A stretch of DNA of 64,000 nt from Escherichia coli (GTDB taxonomy: Bacteria; Pseudomonadota; Gammaproteobacteria; Enterobacterales; Enterobacteriaceae): assembly GCF_013315695.1 (NCBI RefSeq), contig NZ_CP054353.1; one strand, given 5' to 3'. Under the pieces are notes generated by a model. The model had not been told where the DNA came from. It saw only the letters and a program-made list of their open reading frames with translations, and made no database searches. Of the stretch, positions 1 through 8,943 are shown piece by piece. Numbering within the stretch: position 1 is the first letter of the stretch; the number at the start of each line of letters is the position of its first letter. The position numbers were made by a program, and so were the translations under genes.

Positions 1-215
1 TGTGACGCTGGCAGGCTCTGCCACGGAATATCCGGTGAAGTACCACCGCTGCGCTTTACGGTGAGTTTTTCGAAGCTCTCCAGCGTCGAGAAGGAGAGAC
101 TGCATTCGGGATTGTTGCACTGGTAGAGCTTCTGCCGGACAGTGCGTGAGTCGTTCGCGGCGCGGCTTGTGCGGGTGCGCGTGCTCGCACCACAAAAAGG
201 ACACGGAAAAGACAT
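1..215 (-). CDS. ogr: Ogr/Delta-family zinc-finger late-gene activator, 3' end runs off the window
   Basis: Minus-strand ATG at 215..213 preceded by AAGGAGG; translation MSFPCPFCGASTRTRTSR...YQCNNPECSLSF has C-x2-C...C-x4-C spacing like P2 Ogr; no stop reached before position 1. Confidence 0.6.
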   Translation of the reverse strand, partial: MSFPCPFCGASTRTRTSRAANDSRTVRQKLYQCNNPECSLSFSTLESFEKLTVKRSGGTSPDIPWQSLPAS

Positions 216-267
216 GACGGAGACCTCCTTTTTTTCATGAAGGTGAATCTCCGTGATTTTATTCCTG

Positions 268-1383
268 TTATTCCTGTTGCGCTATCCATTCAGGAATTTT
301 TAATTCCAGCTCAAGCCGCGTGGTGAAGCCGCTGTCGTCGATGTTGTGCTCCACCTTCGCCAGTACCCAGTCCTCCGCGTCGATGTCACTCTTGAAACCG
401 GATACCGTGCCGCGCATTTCGGGGTACAGGTCGGGGCGACCGCGTGCCAGCGTGATGGAGAACTCAGCCGCGCCGCGCTGTAGCTGCTGCCATTTTGCCG
501 CCGCTGCACGGCGTGCGGCCTCCTCGTTTTTGAAGGTTTTACGCATGACGTACACATTGCCGTCTGCGCCCTCCATGTAATCCCCCTCGCGGCTGCTGCT
601 TTTCTCCTTTTTTGTTTTTTGGGCAGAACCACGTTTTGTCACGCTGACTTTTTTCTTTTTGCCAAAGTCCAGATCCAGCCAGTAAGCGCGCACCCCCGTG
701 TACGCCTGCCGGTCTGCAATGCGGAAGTGATGGCTGTCACCGCTGCTGCGGGTGATGGCGAATGAGGGCAGCGGCTTTCCGCTGGCGCTCACCCCCTGTC
801 CGGGCACGATGAAAAGCAGGGCACCGTTTTTGACGGTGGCGATGGCGCCCAGCATGTCCGCCATGCGCGTGAGAAACGAGATGTCACTTTCCTCCGTCTG
901 GTCGGCGTGGTCGATTTCCACCTCTGCCAGCGAGGCGCTGATTTGTGCCTTCAGTCCGTAGCGGTACGCGATGGCAGAAACAACCTGTCCCACCGTCACG
1001 TCATGCCAGGACACTTCACGCTTCACGTTGAACTCCTGCCGGAAGTCTGCGCTGCTGGCCGTGATGGTGAGCCTATCCGGTGGTCCCTCATGTGTCACCT
1101 CGTCAACGATGAAGGTTCCCTTGTCTGTCAGCGCCTCACCTTTCCAGCCCAGCGCCAGACCCAGCGTCTGTCCGCGCTTCGGGAGTTGCACTCCGCCGTC
1201 GCAGTCGTCAATCGTGAGGGTTAACTGGTCCGCCTCAAATCCCCGGTTGTCGGTCATCGCCAGCGAGATGACCCGTCGGGTCAGCGCCGCGTTTTCCGTG
1301 CCCTTAACCGTGATGGAAAAATCAGGGATCTTCACGCACTCTGACAGACCGTTCAGGTATCCGCTTACGTCCGCAGGGTTCAT
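268..1383 (-). CDS. D: Tail protein D (late control gene D homologue)
   Basis: Translation from MNPADVSGYLNGLSECVKIP aligns by eye with P2 gpD (GWKGEALTDKG, SWHD, SFLTR, RAAQAKW..LQRG motifs); start chosen at internal ATG 1383 rather than track start 1566. Confidence 0.85.
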   Translation of the reverse strand: MNPADVSGYLNGLSECVKIPDFSITVKGTENAALTRRVISLAMTDNRGFEADQLTLTIDDCDGGVQLPKRGQTLGLALGWKGEALTDKGTFIVDEVTHEGPPDRLTITASSADFRQEFNVKREVSWHDVTVGQVVSAIAYRYGLKAQISASLAEVEIDHADQTEESDISFLTRMADMLGAIATVKNGALLFIVPGQGVSASGKPLPSFAITRSSGDSHHFRIADRQAYTGVRAYWLDLDFGKKKKVSVTKRGSAQKTKKEKSSSREGDYMEGADGNVYVMRKTFKNEEAARRAAAAKWQQLQRGAAEFSITLARGRPDLYPEMRGTVSGFKSDIDAEDWVLAKVEHNIDDSGFTTRLELELKIPEWIAQQE

Positions 1384-1455
1384 CGCAATTTCTCCGTCTG
1401 TGTCTTCGTCCGGCGAAATACTCCCACGCGCACGGAGGCGCTGTAATCCTGCGTA

Positions 1456-1481
1456 TGTTGTCGGAGAACGGTGAGAACAGG
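1456..1481 (+). promoter_or_regulatory. Candidate Ogr-dependent late promoter element upstream of FI
   Basis: TGTTGTCGGAGAACGGTGAGAACAGG lies about 65 bp upstream of FI start; a near-identical 26-mer (23 of 26 positions) recurs upstream of P at 20014..20039. Confidence 0.4.
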
Positions 1482-1545
1482 CAGCGCGTGAATGCGGGGC
1501 TGTTTTTCGGGAGGATGTCGCCACACAAAACACCAGGAGGTGCTC

Positions 1546-2727
1546 ATGAGTGAAACACGCTTTCACGGTGCACGCGTCAAAGAAAACACCGACCTTGTGA
1601 CCGCGATTAATGACATTGATTCCAGTGTCATCGGTATCGTGGCCACGGCGGACGATGCAGACAGCGACGCGTTCCCGTTAAACAAACCCGTATTGATCAC
1701 CCGCGTGGCGAATGTGCTGGGTAAGGCAGGCACAACAGGCACGCTGTACAAAACGCTCAAGGCGATTTCCGACCAGACCAGCCCGAAGGTTATCGTGGTG
1801 CGTGTGGCTGAAGCCGGAGAGGAAGGTGAGACACAGGATCAGCTTGTCATCGGTGGCTCGCAGGCTGACGGCAGCTACACGGGCATGTATGCCCTGCTGG
1901 TTGCTGAACAGGACGAGAGCATTGGTTACCGCCCGCGCATTCTGGCGGCTCCCGGCCTGGATACCGAAGCAGTCACATCCGCCCTGTGCGTCATTGCGGA
2001 CAAGCTCCGCGCCTTTGTGTACGCCGGATGTAACGGGTGCGACACGATGGCGGAGGCAATCACTTACCGTGCGAAGTTCTCCGCGCGTGAGCTGATGCTG
2101 CTGTGGCCTGACTTCATTGCCTACAACCCGGTGAGCGGAAATAACGAAACATTTCCGGCAGCGGCGTATGCGTGCGGGTTGCGTGCGCGGATTGACAGTG
2201 AACAGGGCTGGCACAAGTCACTGTCCAACGTGGCGCTGAAAAATGTTCTCGGTATGTCGCAGCAGGTGTTCTGGTCGTTGCAGGCCGAAGACAGTGATGC
2301 GAACAACCTGAACAACAAGGAAATCACCACGATTATTCGCCGTAACGGCTTCCGCTTCTGGGGGAACCGTACTGCCGAAACCAGCGACTACATCTTTGAG
2401 GTGTACACGCGCACAGCGCAGATTCTGGCAGATACCATCGCTGAGGCGCAGTTCGAAACCATTGACGAACCGCTGACCCCGGCGAACGTGAAGGACGTGA
2501 TTAGCGCCATCCGCGCAAAACTCAACGCCCTGGTCACCGCCGGGAAACTCATCGGTGCGGAGTGCTGGTATGACGTGCTGGACAACGGCACGACGGATTT
2601 GCGTCAGGGGCGCGTGCGCATCCGCTACAAGTACACGCCAGTGCCGCCGATGGAAGATCTGACGCTGTATCAGACCTTCACGGATGAGTATTTCGACTCC
2701 GCTTTTGCAACGCTGGGAGGTGCGTAA
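1546..2727 (+). CDS. FI: Contractile tail sheath protein FI
   Basis: MSETRFHGARV...FPLNKPVLI...GFRFWGNRT...YTPVPPMEDLTL closely resembles P2 FI; RBS GGAGG upstream of ATG 1546. Confidence 0.9.
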   Translation: MSETRFHGARVKENTDLVTAINDIDSSVIGIVATADDADSDAFPLNKPVLITRVANVLGKAGTTGTLYKTLKAISDQTSPKVIVVRVAEAGEEGETQDQLVIGGSQADGSYTGMYALLVAEQDESIGYRPRILAAPGLDTEAVTSALCVIADKLRAFVYAGCNGCDTMAEAITYRAKFSARELMLLWPDFIAYNPVSGNNETFPAAAYACGLRARIDSEQGWHKSLSNVALKNVLGMSQQVFWSLQAEDSDANNLNNKEITTIIRRNGFRFWGNRTAETSDYIFEVYTRTAQILADTIAEAQFETIDEPLTPANVKDVISAIRAKLNALVTAGKLIGAECWYDVLDNGTTDLRQGRVRIRYKYTPVPPMEDLTLYQTFTDEYFDSAFATLGGA

Positions 2728-3243
2728 ATGGCTGTACCACGTTACGTTCGCCAGTTCACGCTGTTTGTGAACGGCAAAAACAAAATCGGCACGGTGACAG
2801 GCGTCACTCTGCCCAAGCTGACCCGAAAAACCGAAGCCTATCGCGGTGGCGGGATGCTGGGTGCGGTGCATATTGACCTCGGACTGGATGACGGCGCACT
2901 GGATGCCTCGTTCACCACCGGTGGGGTTGAAAAAGAGCTGCTCCAGGAATACGCCACTGACATTAACGAAGTGGCGCTGCGCTTTGTGGGTGAGCTGTTC
3001 ACCGATGGTGAGGAAAGTCAGCTCCTTGAGGTGGAGATGCGCGGACGCATCACGGAAATCGACCGTGGCGAAACCAAACAGGGCGACACCACACAGTACA
3101 CCTTCGCCGTCAAAAACACCTACTACAAGGAGTCGGTGGATGACAGTGATGTGACAGAAATCGACCTGCTGAACTTCATCTACAAAAAAGACGGCCAGAA
3201 CGTCTTTGGTGACCGCGTGAGTTCGGCGCTCGGTCTGAACTGA
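2728..3243 (+). CDS. FII: Tail tube protein FII
   Basis: 171-aa ORF immediately after FI, as in the P2 FI-FII pair; size matches P2 FII. Confidence 0.85.
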   Translation: MAVPRYVRQFTLFVNGKNKIGTVTGVTLPKLTRKTEAYRGGGMLGAVHIDLGLDDGALDASFTTGGVEKELLQEYATDINEVALRFVGELFTDGEESQLLEVEMRGRITEIDRGETKQGDTTQYTFAVKNTYYKESVDDSDVTEIDLLNFIYKKDGQNVFGDRVSSALGLN

Positions 3244-3289
3244 CAGCATTAACAGGGCGGCACATTGTGCCGCCACAGGAGAAAGAAAA

Positions 3290-3673
3290 ATGGCAGCAAA
3301 GAAAGATGACATCATGAACAGCGAAATCGTCGCAGGTGACACCACCACTGAAAACATCGATGTGGCAGAGGAAAAAACGGGGGTGAAGTTATCCTGCCCG
3401 GTGGTGCGTGGCGAACGCGTTATTGACTACGTGGAGATTGGCGAGGAAATCCGTCAGGCAGGCTCGTTGCGCGGGCTGTCTCTGATTGAGGTGCTGAACC
3501 TCAAAACGGACCCGATGATGACGCTGCTTTCGCGCGTGACCGCACCACGCCTGAAGCTGGCAGAAATCCAGACACTGGACACCGGTGATTTCGTGGCGCT
3601 GGCGACTATGGCTGCGAATTTTTTTGCTCCCACGGAGTCTGCGAAACCGTCCGTGGCGGTGATGGAAGCGTAA
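3290..3673 (+). CDS. E: Tail assembly chaperone E
   Basis: Position between tube and tape measure; contains a run of seven T followed by G at 3619..3626, matching the P2 E/E' slippery site type. Confidence 0.75.
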   Translation: MAAKKDDIMNSEIVAGDTTTENIDVAEEKTGVKLSCPVVRGERVIDYVEIGEEIRQAGSLRGLSLIEVLNLKTDPMMTLLSRVTAPRLKLAEIQTLDTGDFVALATMAANFFAPTESAKPSVAVMEA

Positions 3674-3836
3674 TCACGCTGGCGAAGTTCGACAACGTTG
3701 AAGAACTGGTCGCTGATATAGCAGTCGTGTTTAACTGGTCGCCCGGCGAGATATTCTCAATGCCTCTCGTCGAGGTGATGAGCTGGCGTGAGCGGGCGGC
3801 GCAACGTAGCGGAGTCCGCAACAGTGAAATCCCTTG
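3290..3836 (+). CDS. E': E+E' fusion product predicted from -1 programmed frameshift at 3619..3626
   Basis: After a -1 slip on the T-run, the frame stays open to TGA at 3834..3836 and encodes ...VITLAKFDNVEELVADIAVVFNWSPGEIFSMPL..., resembling the conserved P2 E' extension. Confidence 0.55.
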
Positions 3837-6800
3837 ATATTCGTGTCAGCTTTGGCGCAATTGACCGGCTGACATGCCCGACCGAAAACGCCCGCCGTCA
3901 GGTGGGCGCTCTCACTGAATCCCTTCAGAAGACGCAGAACAACATACAGGCGCTCGACAGACAGTCGAAGGTGTTCGATCGTGCCGCCGGAAATCTCAGT
4001 AAATACCGCGAACAGATTGCCCGCGCGGAGCAGAGGCTCGCCGGGCTGCGAAAGGCAGAGCAGAACGGTAACATCCTCTCCGAAAAGCAGCGCGAAACGC
4101 TGGCGGCACTCTCCGCGCGGCTTGAGCGCCTGAACGAGCTGCGCACGCGCGAGCGCGAAAAACTCCAGGCGGCGGCTGGCGAAATGCGTAAACATGGCAT
4201 TCTGCTTTCCGGCAGCAGCCGCACCATCGAAAGTGCCGTTCGTCGCACGCAGCAGTACAACGAGCAGCTCGAGCGTGAACGGCAGGCTCTGGCTCGCGTG
4301 ACGCAGGCACAGAGCCGCTATGAGGCCGCGAAGGCACAGGCGGAAAAACTGCGCAACACAGGGGCTGTGGCGATGGCGGCGGGTACAGGCGGCCTGTATG
4401 CGGCGCAGCGCATGATGGCTCCGGCGATGGAGTCCGAACAGCACGGTGCGGTCATCGCAGCCGGTTCGGGGGAAGGCGCACAGGATGGCGCACGTTACAC
4501 CCACATCATCCGTAACATACAGGCTGACGGTCTCGCTGATTTTGCCGGTGCTGCGGAGGCCGTGAGTGCGGTACGCAGCACGCTCGGCGCACTGGGCGAC
4601 ACCGGTGACAGGGAGCTTGAGCGCATCAGCCGTCGTGCGCTGGATATGCGGACCGTCTTTGGTGTTGATGTGCCGCAGAGCATTCAGGCCGCTGCCATCA
4701 TGATGAAGAACGGGCTGGCCGCCAGCAGTGACGAGGCTACTAACCTGATGACGGCAGGGATGCAGCGCATGTCCGCTGAAATGCGCGATGAACTGCCGGA
4801 AATTCTGCATGAGTATTCCACCCACTTCCGCAACATGGGCTTCACCGGCAGCGAGACAATGAGTCTGCTGGTTGAGATGGCAAAGCAGGGCAAGTTTGCG
4901 CTGGACAAAACCGGCGATGCCGTGAAGGAGTTCAGTATCCGTGGTTCGGATATGTCGAAATCCAGTGTTTCAGCGTATGAGACACTTGGCCTGAATGCCG
5001 AACGGGTGTCTGCTGCCATTGCTCAGGGGGGCAGTACCGCACGCCAGGCGATGCAGGTGACCGCCCGTGCACTGCTGGCCATCCGTGACCCGGCAGAGCG
5101 GGCGAACACGGCCATTGCGTTATTCGGCACCCCCGTTGAAGACCTTTCCGTTGACCAGATCCCGCAGTTCCTGAGGGCGCTGGCTGATGTTCGTGACAAT
5201 CTGGGCGATGTCACCGGTGTGGCAGACCGCATGGGGCAGACGCTGCGCGGTAATCTCTCCGGCGATATTCAGGCGCTGAGTGGTGCGTTCTCAGGGCTAC
5301 GCACGGACATCTTCGGTACTGTGACCGAGGATTTGCGCGGGCTGGTTCAGACGGTGAGCGCGTGGGTGACCCGGATGCGCGAATGGGTCGGAGAGCATCA
5401 GGCGCTGGTCAGGGTGCTGGTACTGGCGGGCGGGAGTGTTCTGGCGCTGTCTTCTACGTTCGGTGCGCTGTCACTGACGCTCGGGCTGATTGCGGGGCCG
5501 CTGGCAAAACTGCAACTGGGACTGGGGCTGCTGACGGGGGGCGGCGGCATTGGTGGTGCTGTCCGGCTTGTGTCTGCGATGGCGCTGCGCCTGACGGGGC
5601 TGCCTGCGCTGTGGGGGCTGGTCACGGGGGCGGTGTCGGTACTGGGTGGTGCAGTGGGGGCGCTGTTCAGCCCGGTCGGGCTGATTGTTGCCGCCCTGGT
5701 GGGCGGCGCGGTTCTGGTGTGGAAATACTGGGATCAGATCAGTGCGTTTTTTTCCGGCTTTTTTGCCGGAGTGTGGGAGGCGCTGCAACCGCTGCGGGAA
5801 GCCTTTGCGTCGCTGGCTCCGGTGTTCGGGCTGATTGGCGATGGCATCAAAGCCGTGTGGGAATGGTTCACCCGCCTGCTTGAACCTGCAAACGCCTCAA
5901 AAGAGACACTCGACAAATGCACCAGCGCCGGGGAGTCGTTCGGGAAAACGCTGGGGTGGGTCATTCAGAACATTGTGCTGGGGCCGCTGACACTGCTTCT
6001 TGATGGCCTCGGCACAGTGCTGAAGTGGCTGGGTGTTATCCCGGATGGCATCAGGGAAGCGCAGAAGGAGACGCAAAAACTCCAGGAGAGCGCCGCAAAA
6101 CAGGCCACACAAAAAGCGCCGGTTGCGTGGGAGTGGGATCCTGCACAGAAAAAAATGGTGCAGAAAACATGGTCGTGGTCATCAGATGCAGCGGAAAACA
6201 ACGGTGACAATAAACCCGCAATACCTGCCCCTGCGGTTCCCGGAGAGGTGAAGGGAACGTCAGACAATCCGGTCGGCAAACCCGGTAGTAAATCCCCGCT
6301 GGATGAGGCATGGTTCCGGCAGGGGATACAGAAAACCGCCAGCAACACCGGCGGGCTGCTTGAGGAAACCAAAAAACGTACTGGTCCCGGCGATATTGTT
6401 TTCAAAAACCTGCCCGGACCCGAAATCATTCACGGCGAGTGGAAAGCACCGCAGGTTATCCGGACAGTGCAGGCGGTATCGGCGGGCGGAGGACTGGCGG
6501 ATGCGCTGACAACGCTCTGGCAGAAACTCACCGGAAGACAGACTGCTTCACCCGTTCCGGTCGTGAATATTCCTGCGCCAGTGGAGAGAGTGGCACGTCA
6601 GGTATCCACGCTGCCACAGCCGCAGCACAACGAGGCAAATACAGAACTGGTTGCCGGTATTCAGCGCGTGCATGAGGCTGTGAACAGTCCGGGGGGAGAG
6701 ACGGTATCGCCTCCACCTGTGGTGAACGTTCTGATGCCAGCAGTGAATGTTCCTGCGCCAGTGGTGAGTGTGGCGCGTCAGGTATCCACGCTGCCGCAGC

Positions 6801-7288
6801 ACAACGAGGCAAATACAGAACTGGTTGCCGGTATTCAGCGTGTGCATGAGGCGGTGAACAGTCCGGGTGGAGAGACGGTATCGCCTCCACCTGTGGTGAA
6901 CGTTCTGATGCCAGCAGTGAATGTTCCTGCGCCAGTGGTGAGCGTGGCCCGTCAGGTATCCACGCTGCCGCAGCACAACGAGGCAAATACAGAGCTGGCT
7001 GCCGGTATTCAGCGCGTGCGTGAGGCTGTGAACAGTCCGGGTGGAGATGTGGCTTTATCTGTTCCTGTTGCGGAGGTTATCCGTCCACCGCTGCGACCGG
7101 AGTCCGTCAAAAAAGAAACCGCGCCACAAACGCAGGCTGCGGTATTTTCCGGTGAGATACACGTGCATCTGCACAACGTCAACACGCAGAATCCGCGTGA
7201 ACTGGCAAAACTGGTTGGCGAGGCTGTCCGCGAAGAGATGCGCAGACAGGTGCGTACAGGCATGAACAGCTTCCGTGACAGGGACTAA
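3788..7288 (+). CDS. T: Tail tape measure protein T
   Basis: 1166-aa ORF after E/E' with coiled-coil N-terminal part, Gly/Ala/Leu-rich hydrophobic core and internal tandem repeats; start codon uncertain (GTG 3788 or a downstream GTG). Confidence 0.85.
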   Translation: MSGRRNVAESATVKSLDIRVSFGAIDRLTCPTENARRQVGALTESLQKTQNNIQALDRQSKVFDRAAGNLSKYREQIARAEQRLAGLRKAEQNGNILSEKQRETLAALSARLERLNELRTREREKLQAAAGEMRKHGILLSGSSRTIESAVRRTQQYNEQLERERQALARVTQAQSRYEAAKAQAEKLRNTGAVAMAAGTGGLYAAQRMMAPAMESEQHGAVIAAGSGEGAQDGARYTHIIRNIQADGLADFAGAAEAVSAVRSTLGALGDTGDRELERISRRALDMRTVFGVDVPQSIQAAAIMMKNGLAASSDEATNLMTAGMQRMSAEMRDELPEILHEYSTHFRNMGFTGSETMSLLVEMAKQGKFALDKTGDAVKEFSIRGSDMSKSSVSAYETLGLNAERVSAAIAQGGSTARQAMQVTARALLAIRDPAERANTAIALFGTPVEDLSVDQIPQFLRALADVRDNLGDVTGVADRMGQTLRGNLSGDIQALSGAFSGLRTDIFGTVTEDLRGLVQTVSAWVTRMREWVGEHQALVRVLVLAGGSVLALSSTFGALSLTLGLIAGPLAKLQLGLGLLTGGGGIGGAVRLVSAMALRLTGLPALWGLVTGAVSVLGGAVGALFSPVGLIVAALVGGAVLVWKYWDQISAFFSGFFAGVWEALQPLREAFASLAPVFGLIGDGIKAVWEWFTRLLEPANASKETLDKCTSAGESFGKTLGWVIQNIVLGPLTLLLDGLGTVLKWLGVIPDGIREAQKETQKLQESAAKQATQKAPVAWEWDPAQKKMVQKTWSWSSDAAENNGDNKPAIPAPAVPGEVKGTSDNPVGKPGSKSPLDEAWFRQGIQKTASNTGGLLEETKKRTGPGDIVFKNLPGPEIIHGEWKAPQVIRTVQAVSAGGGLADALTTLWQKLTGRQTASPVPVVNIPAPVERVARQVSTLPQPQHNEANTELVAGIQRVHEAVNSPGGETVSPPPVVNVLMPAVNVPAPVVSVARQVSTLPQHNEANTELVAGIQRVHEAVNSPGGETVSPPPVVNVLMPAVNVPAPVVSVARQVSTLPQHNEANTELAAGIQRVREAVNSPGGDVALSVPVAEVIRPPLRPESVKKETAPQTQAAVFSGEIHVHLHNVNTQNPRELAKLVGEAVREEMRRQVRTGMNSFRDRD
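6560..7060 (+). repeat. About 2.7 tandem copies of an in-frame ~174-bp unit inside T
   Basis: Peptide unit PAPVVSVARQVSTLPQHNEANTELVAGIQRVHEAVNSPGGETVSPPPVVNVLMPAVNV repeats near 6565, 6747 and 6921; the first copy carries an extra PQ. Confidence 0.8.
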
Positions 7289-7301
7289 AGGAGACGCAAT
7301 T

Positions 7302-7760
7302 ATGATGATGATTTTTGGCATGTTTGTGTTTGAACTGAAAACGCTGCCGCATCAACAGATTCAACAAAACAAAACGTGGCGGCATGTGAAAAATGAGCGA
7401 ATCAACCGTTCTGCGGCCTGGCAGTATATTGGCGCAGGTGACGACCAGATCACGCTGTCCGGTCTGCTGTACCCGGAAATTACCGGCGGTGAGGTGTCGC
7501 TGACACTGCTGAACACCCAGGCCTACACCGGATGTCCCTGGCCGCTGATTGATGGTACGGGGCAGATTTACGGAATGTACGTGATTACGGGATTACAGAC
7601 CACCCGCTCCGAACTGGATCGCTACGGGAAGGCAAAAAAGATTGAGTTCTCCATCAGCTTTCAGCGGTGTGATGAGGATATGCGGGAGAGGCTTCAGTCT
7701 GCTTCTGCAGGTGATTTACTGAACACGCTTAAAGACAAAATGGCGATAGCGGCATTCTGA
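7302..7760 (+). CDS. U: Tail protein U
   Basis: MMMIFGMFVFELKTLPHQQ...DDQITLSGLLYPEITGG... resembles P2 gpU; RBS AAGGAG before ATG 7302. Confidence 0.85.
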   Translation: MMMIFGMFVFELKTLPHQQIQQNKTWRHVKNERINRSAAWQYIGAGDDQITLSGLLYPEITGGEVSLTLLNTQAYTGCPWPLIDGTGQIYGMYVITGLQTTRSELDRYGKAKKIEFSISFQRCDEDMRERLQSASAGDLLNTLKDKMAIAAF

Positions 7761-7769
7761 ATAAAAAAA

Positions 7770-7796
7770 GAGGGAGTGTAAAAAGCACTCCCTTAT
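7770..7796 (+). terminator. Hairpin terminator candidate after U
   Basis: AGGGAGTG-loop-CACTCCCT followed by a T-containing tail. Confidence 0.45.
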
Positions 7797-7882
7797 TGCC
7801 TTCATGGAAAAGAAGCAAATGTTGTCAATACATTCTGACTATATATAAATCGCCCGATGAAGGCAATGGTGATGTTCGGGAA

Positions 7883-7908
7883 ATAAAAAAGCCCTCACAA
7901 AGAGGGCG
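7883..7908 (-). terminator. Rho-independent terminator candidate (minus strand)
   Basis: GCCCTC-ACAAA-GAGGGC preceded on the plus strand by an A8 run, i.e. hairpin plus U-run on the minus strand. Confidence 0.5.
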
Positions 7909-8070
7909 GCATGCATTGTGTGAAGATTTAATTTTTCTGCTTGCAGGGGGATTATATTGAACGGTATTCATTCAATGCAATATTTTTAATTGTCATTATC
8001 ATTAATGAAAATGTTTCTTGTGTTTTTGTTGCTCTGATTACAATCCCGTTTATTACTGTGTCTTTGCGGC

Positions 8071-8097
8071 AAAAAAAAAGCCCGCACGGGGCGGGCA
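8071..8097 (-). terminator. Rho-independent terminator candidate (minus strand), just downstream of the decayed G
   Basis: GCCCGC-ACGG-GGCGGG hairpin with an A9 run on the plus strand (U-run on minus). Confidence 0.6.
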
Positions 8098-8140
8098 AAG
8101 AATGTTTGCATGTGTAGAACAGTGCGGGATTATAAATATA

Positions 8141-8711
8141 TTATGCGTTCTGAAAAGTCCCCTTTGATGGAGATTCAGGCCATACCAGCGCATTATAACA
8201 ATCTTTATTCATCACGGAAGTGAACGTCAACTGCTGAAGTTCCCTAATATATTCAATCCACGTAGCCAACCTTCCCTTGTCTGCATTGCTGATGGTGCCG
8301 GGCAATAACTCAGATTGCCAGATTCTGATCCTCTCTTTTGCCTCCGGCAGCAGGGGATTTCGTTGTCATTCTGCTTTAGCCTGCCACTTTTCAGGTGGCA
8401 GCACATGACGAACAATATTTTCATCATCAAATATCCAGTTACCTGAGTCATCAGCACGTTGGTTAGCGTTAATATCAGAAGTATTAACAACACTAAAACC
8501 GACATGATTAAGTGTTGATGCCTCTCTGGTAATGGTGACAATAATATTATTTCGTTGTAAATCATTTTGATTTTATCTGGTCGAAAGGTCCCTGCTTCGT
8601 TATGTCAGTTTTATCGCCTTCAGAGGAAACCAGATTACTTTGTGCTTCTTTTTCTAACACATACAGTCCCGGAGTTAATATTGCCTGTTTTATGTTCTTG
8701 AGTGCATCATA
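8141..8711 (-). pseudogene. G: Decayed tail fibre assembly gene G (frameshifted, with an early in-frame stop)
   Basis: Minus-strand translations in two frames give NNIIVTITREASTLNHVGFSVVNTSDINANQRADDSGNWIFDDENIV and ...ADKGRLATWIEYIRELQQL...VWPESP, resembling P2 gpG; the N-terminal part reads MMHSRT-stop. Confidence 0.6.
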
Positions 8712-8767
8712 TTAATCTCTTACATATTGTATCTGGTGAAATTTATAATTTTCTGAAGCTGCCTGAA

Positions 8768-8898
8768 AGAATTGAGTTTCCTGCAGGCTTTCAATGGTGT
8801 GATGAGGATATGTGGGAGAAACTCCAGTCTGCTCCTGCAGGGGGGGCTTACTGAACACTATCAAAGACAAATCTTCGTCGTTGATCGCATTCCCTTAA
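8768..8898 (+). pseudogene. Diverged second copy of the 3' end of tail gene U (fragment)
   Basis: DNA is homologous to 7631..7760 (roughly four-fifths identical by eye, TGTGATGAGGATATG core conserved), with a G7 run causing a frame break; the 5' part of U is absent. Confidence 0.6.
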
Positions 8899-8903
8899 CC
8901 TGA

Positions 8904-8938
8904 CGCCACCACCCCACACAGATGACGGGGTGGTGGCG
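8904..8938. terminator. Strong GC hairpin between the U fragment and the tail-fibre operon
   Basis: CGCCACCACCCC-loop-GGGGTGGTGGCG perfect 12-bp stem; no clear U-run, so terminator function is uncertain. Confidence 0.35.
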
Positions 8939-8943
8939 TGATT

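Noticed and set aside
2218-3357. 379-aa ORF on the minus strand
   Set aside because: Entirely antisense to the well-supported sheath and tube genes; no recognisable motifs; typical long antisense ORF in GC-rich coding DNA.
3731-4825. 364-aa ORF on the minus strand
   Set aside because: Antisense to the tape measure gene; Arg/Ala-rich composition typical of a wrong frame.
5362-5883. 173-aa Gly/Ala-rich ORF on the plus strand
   Set aside because: Alternate frame of the Gly/Ala/Leu-rich hydrophobic core of the tape measure protein.
6528-6986. Internally repetitive minus-strand ORFs; possible CRISPR-like periodicity
   Set aside because: The periodicity is the antisense of the in-frame 174-bp tape measure repeat; the units are long and near-identical with no spacers, so not a CRISPR array.
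8227-8565. 112-aa ORF on the minus strand
   Set aside because: Out-of-frame read through the decayed G pseudogene; the G-like sequence is in the other two frames.
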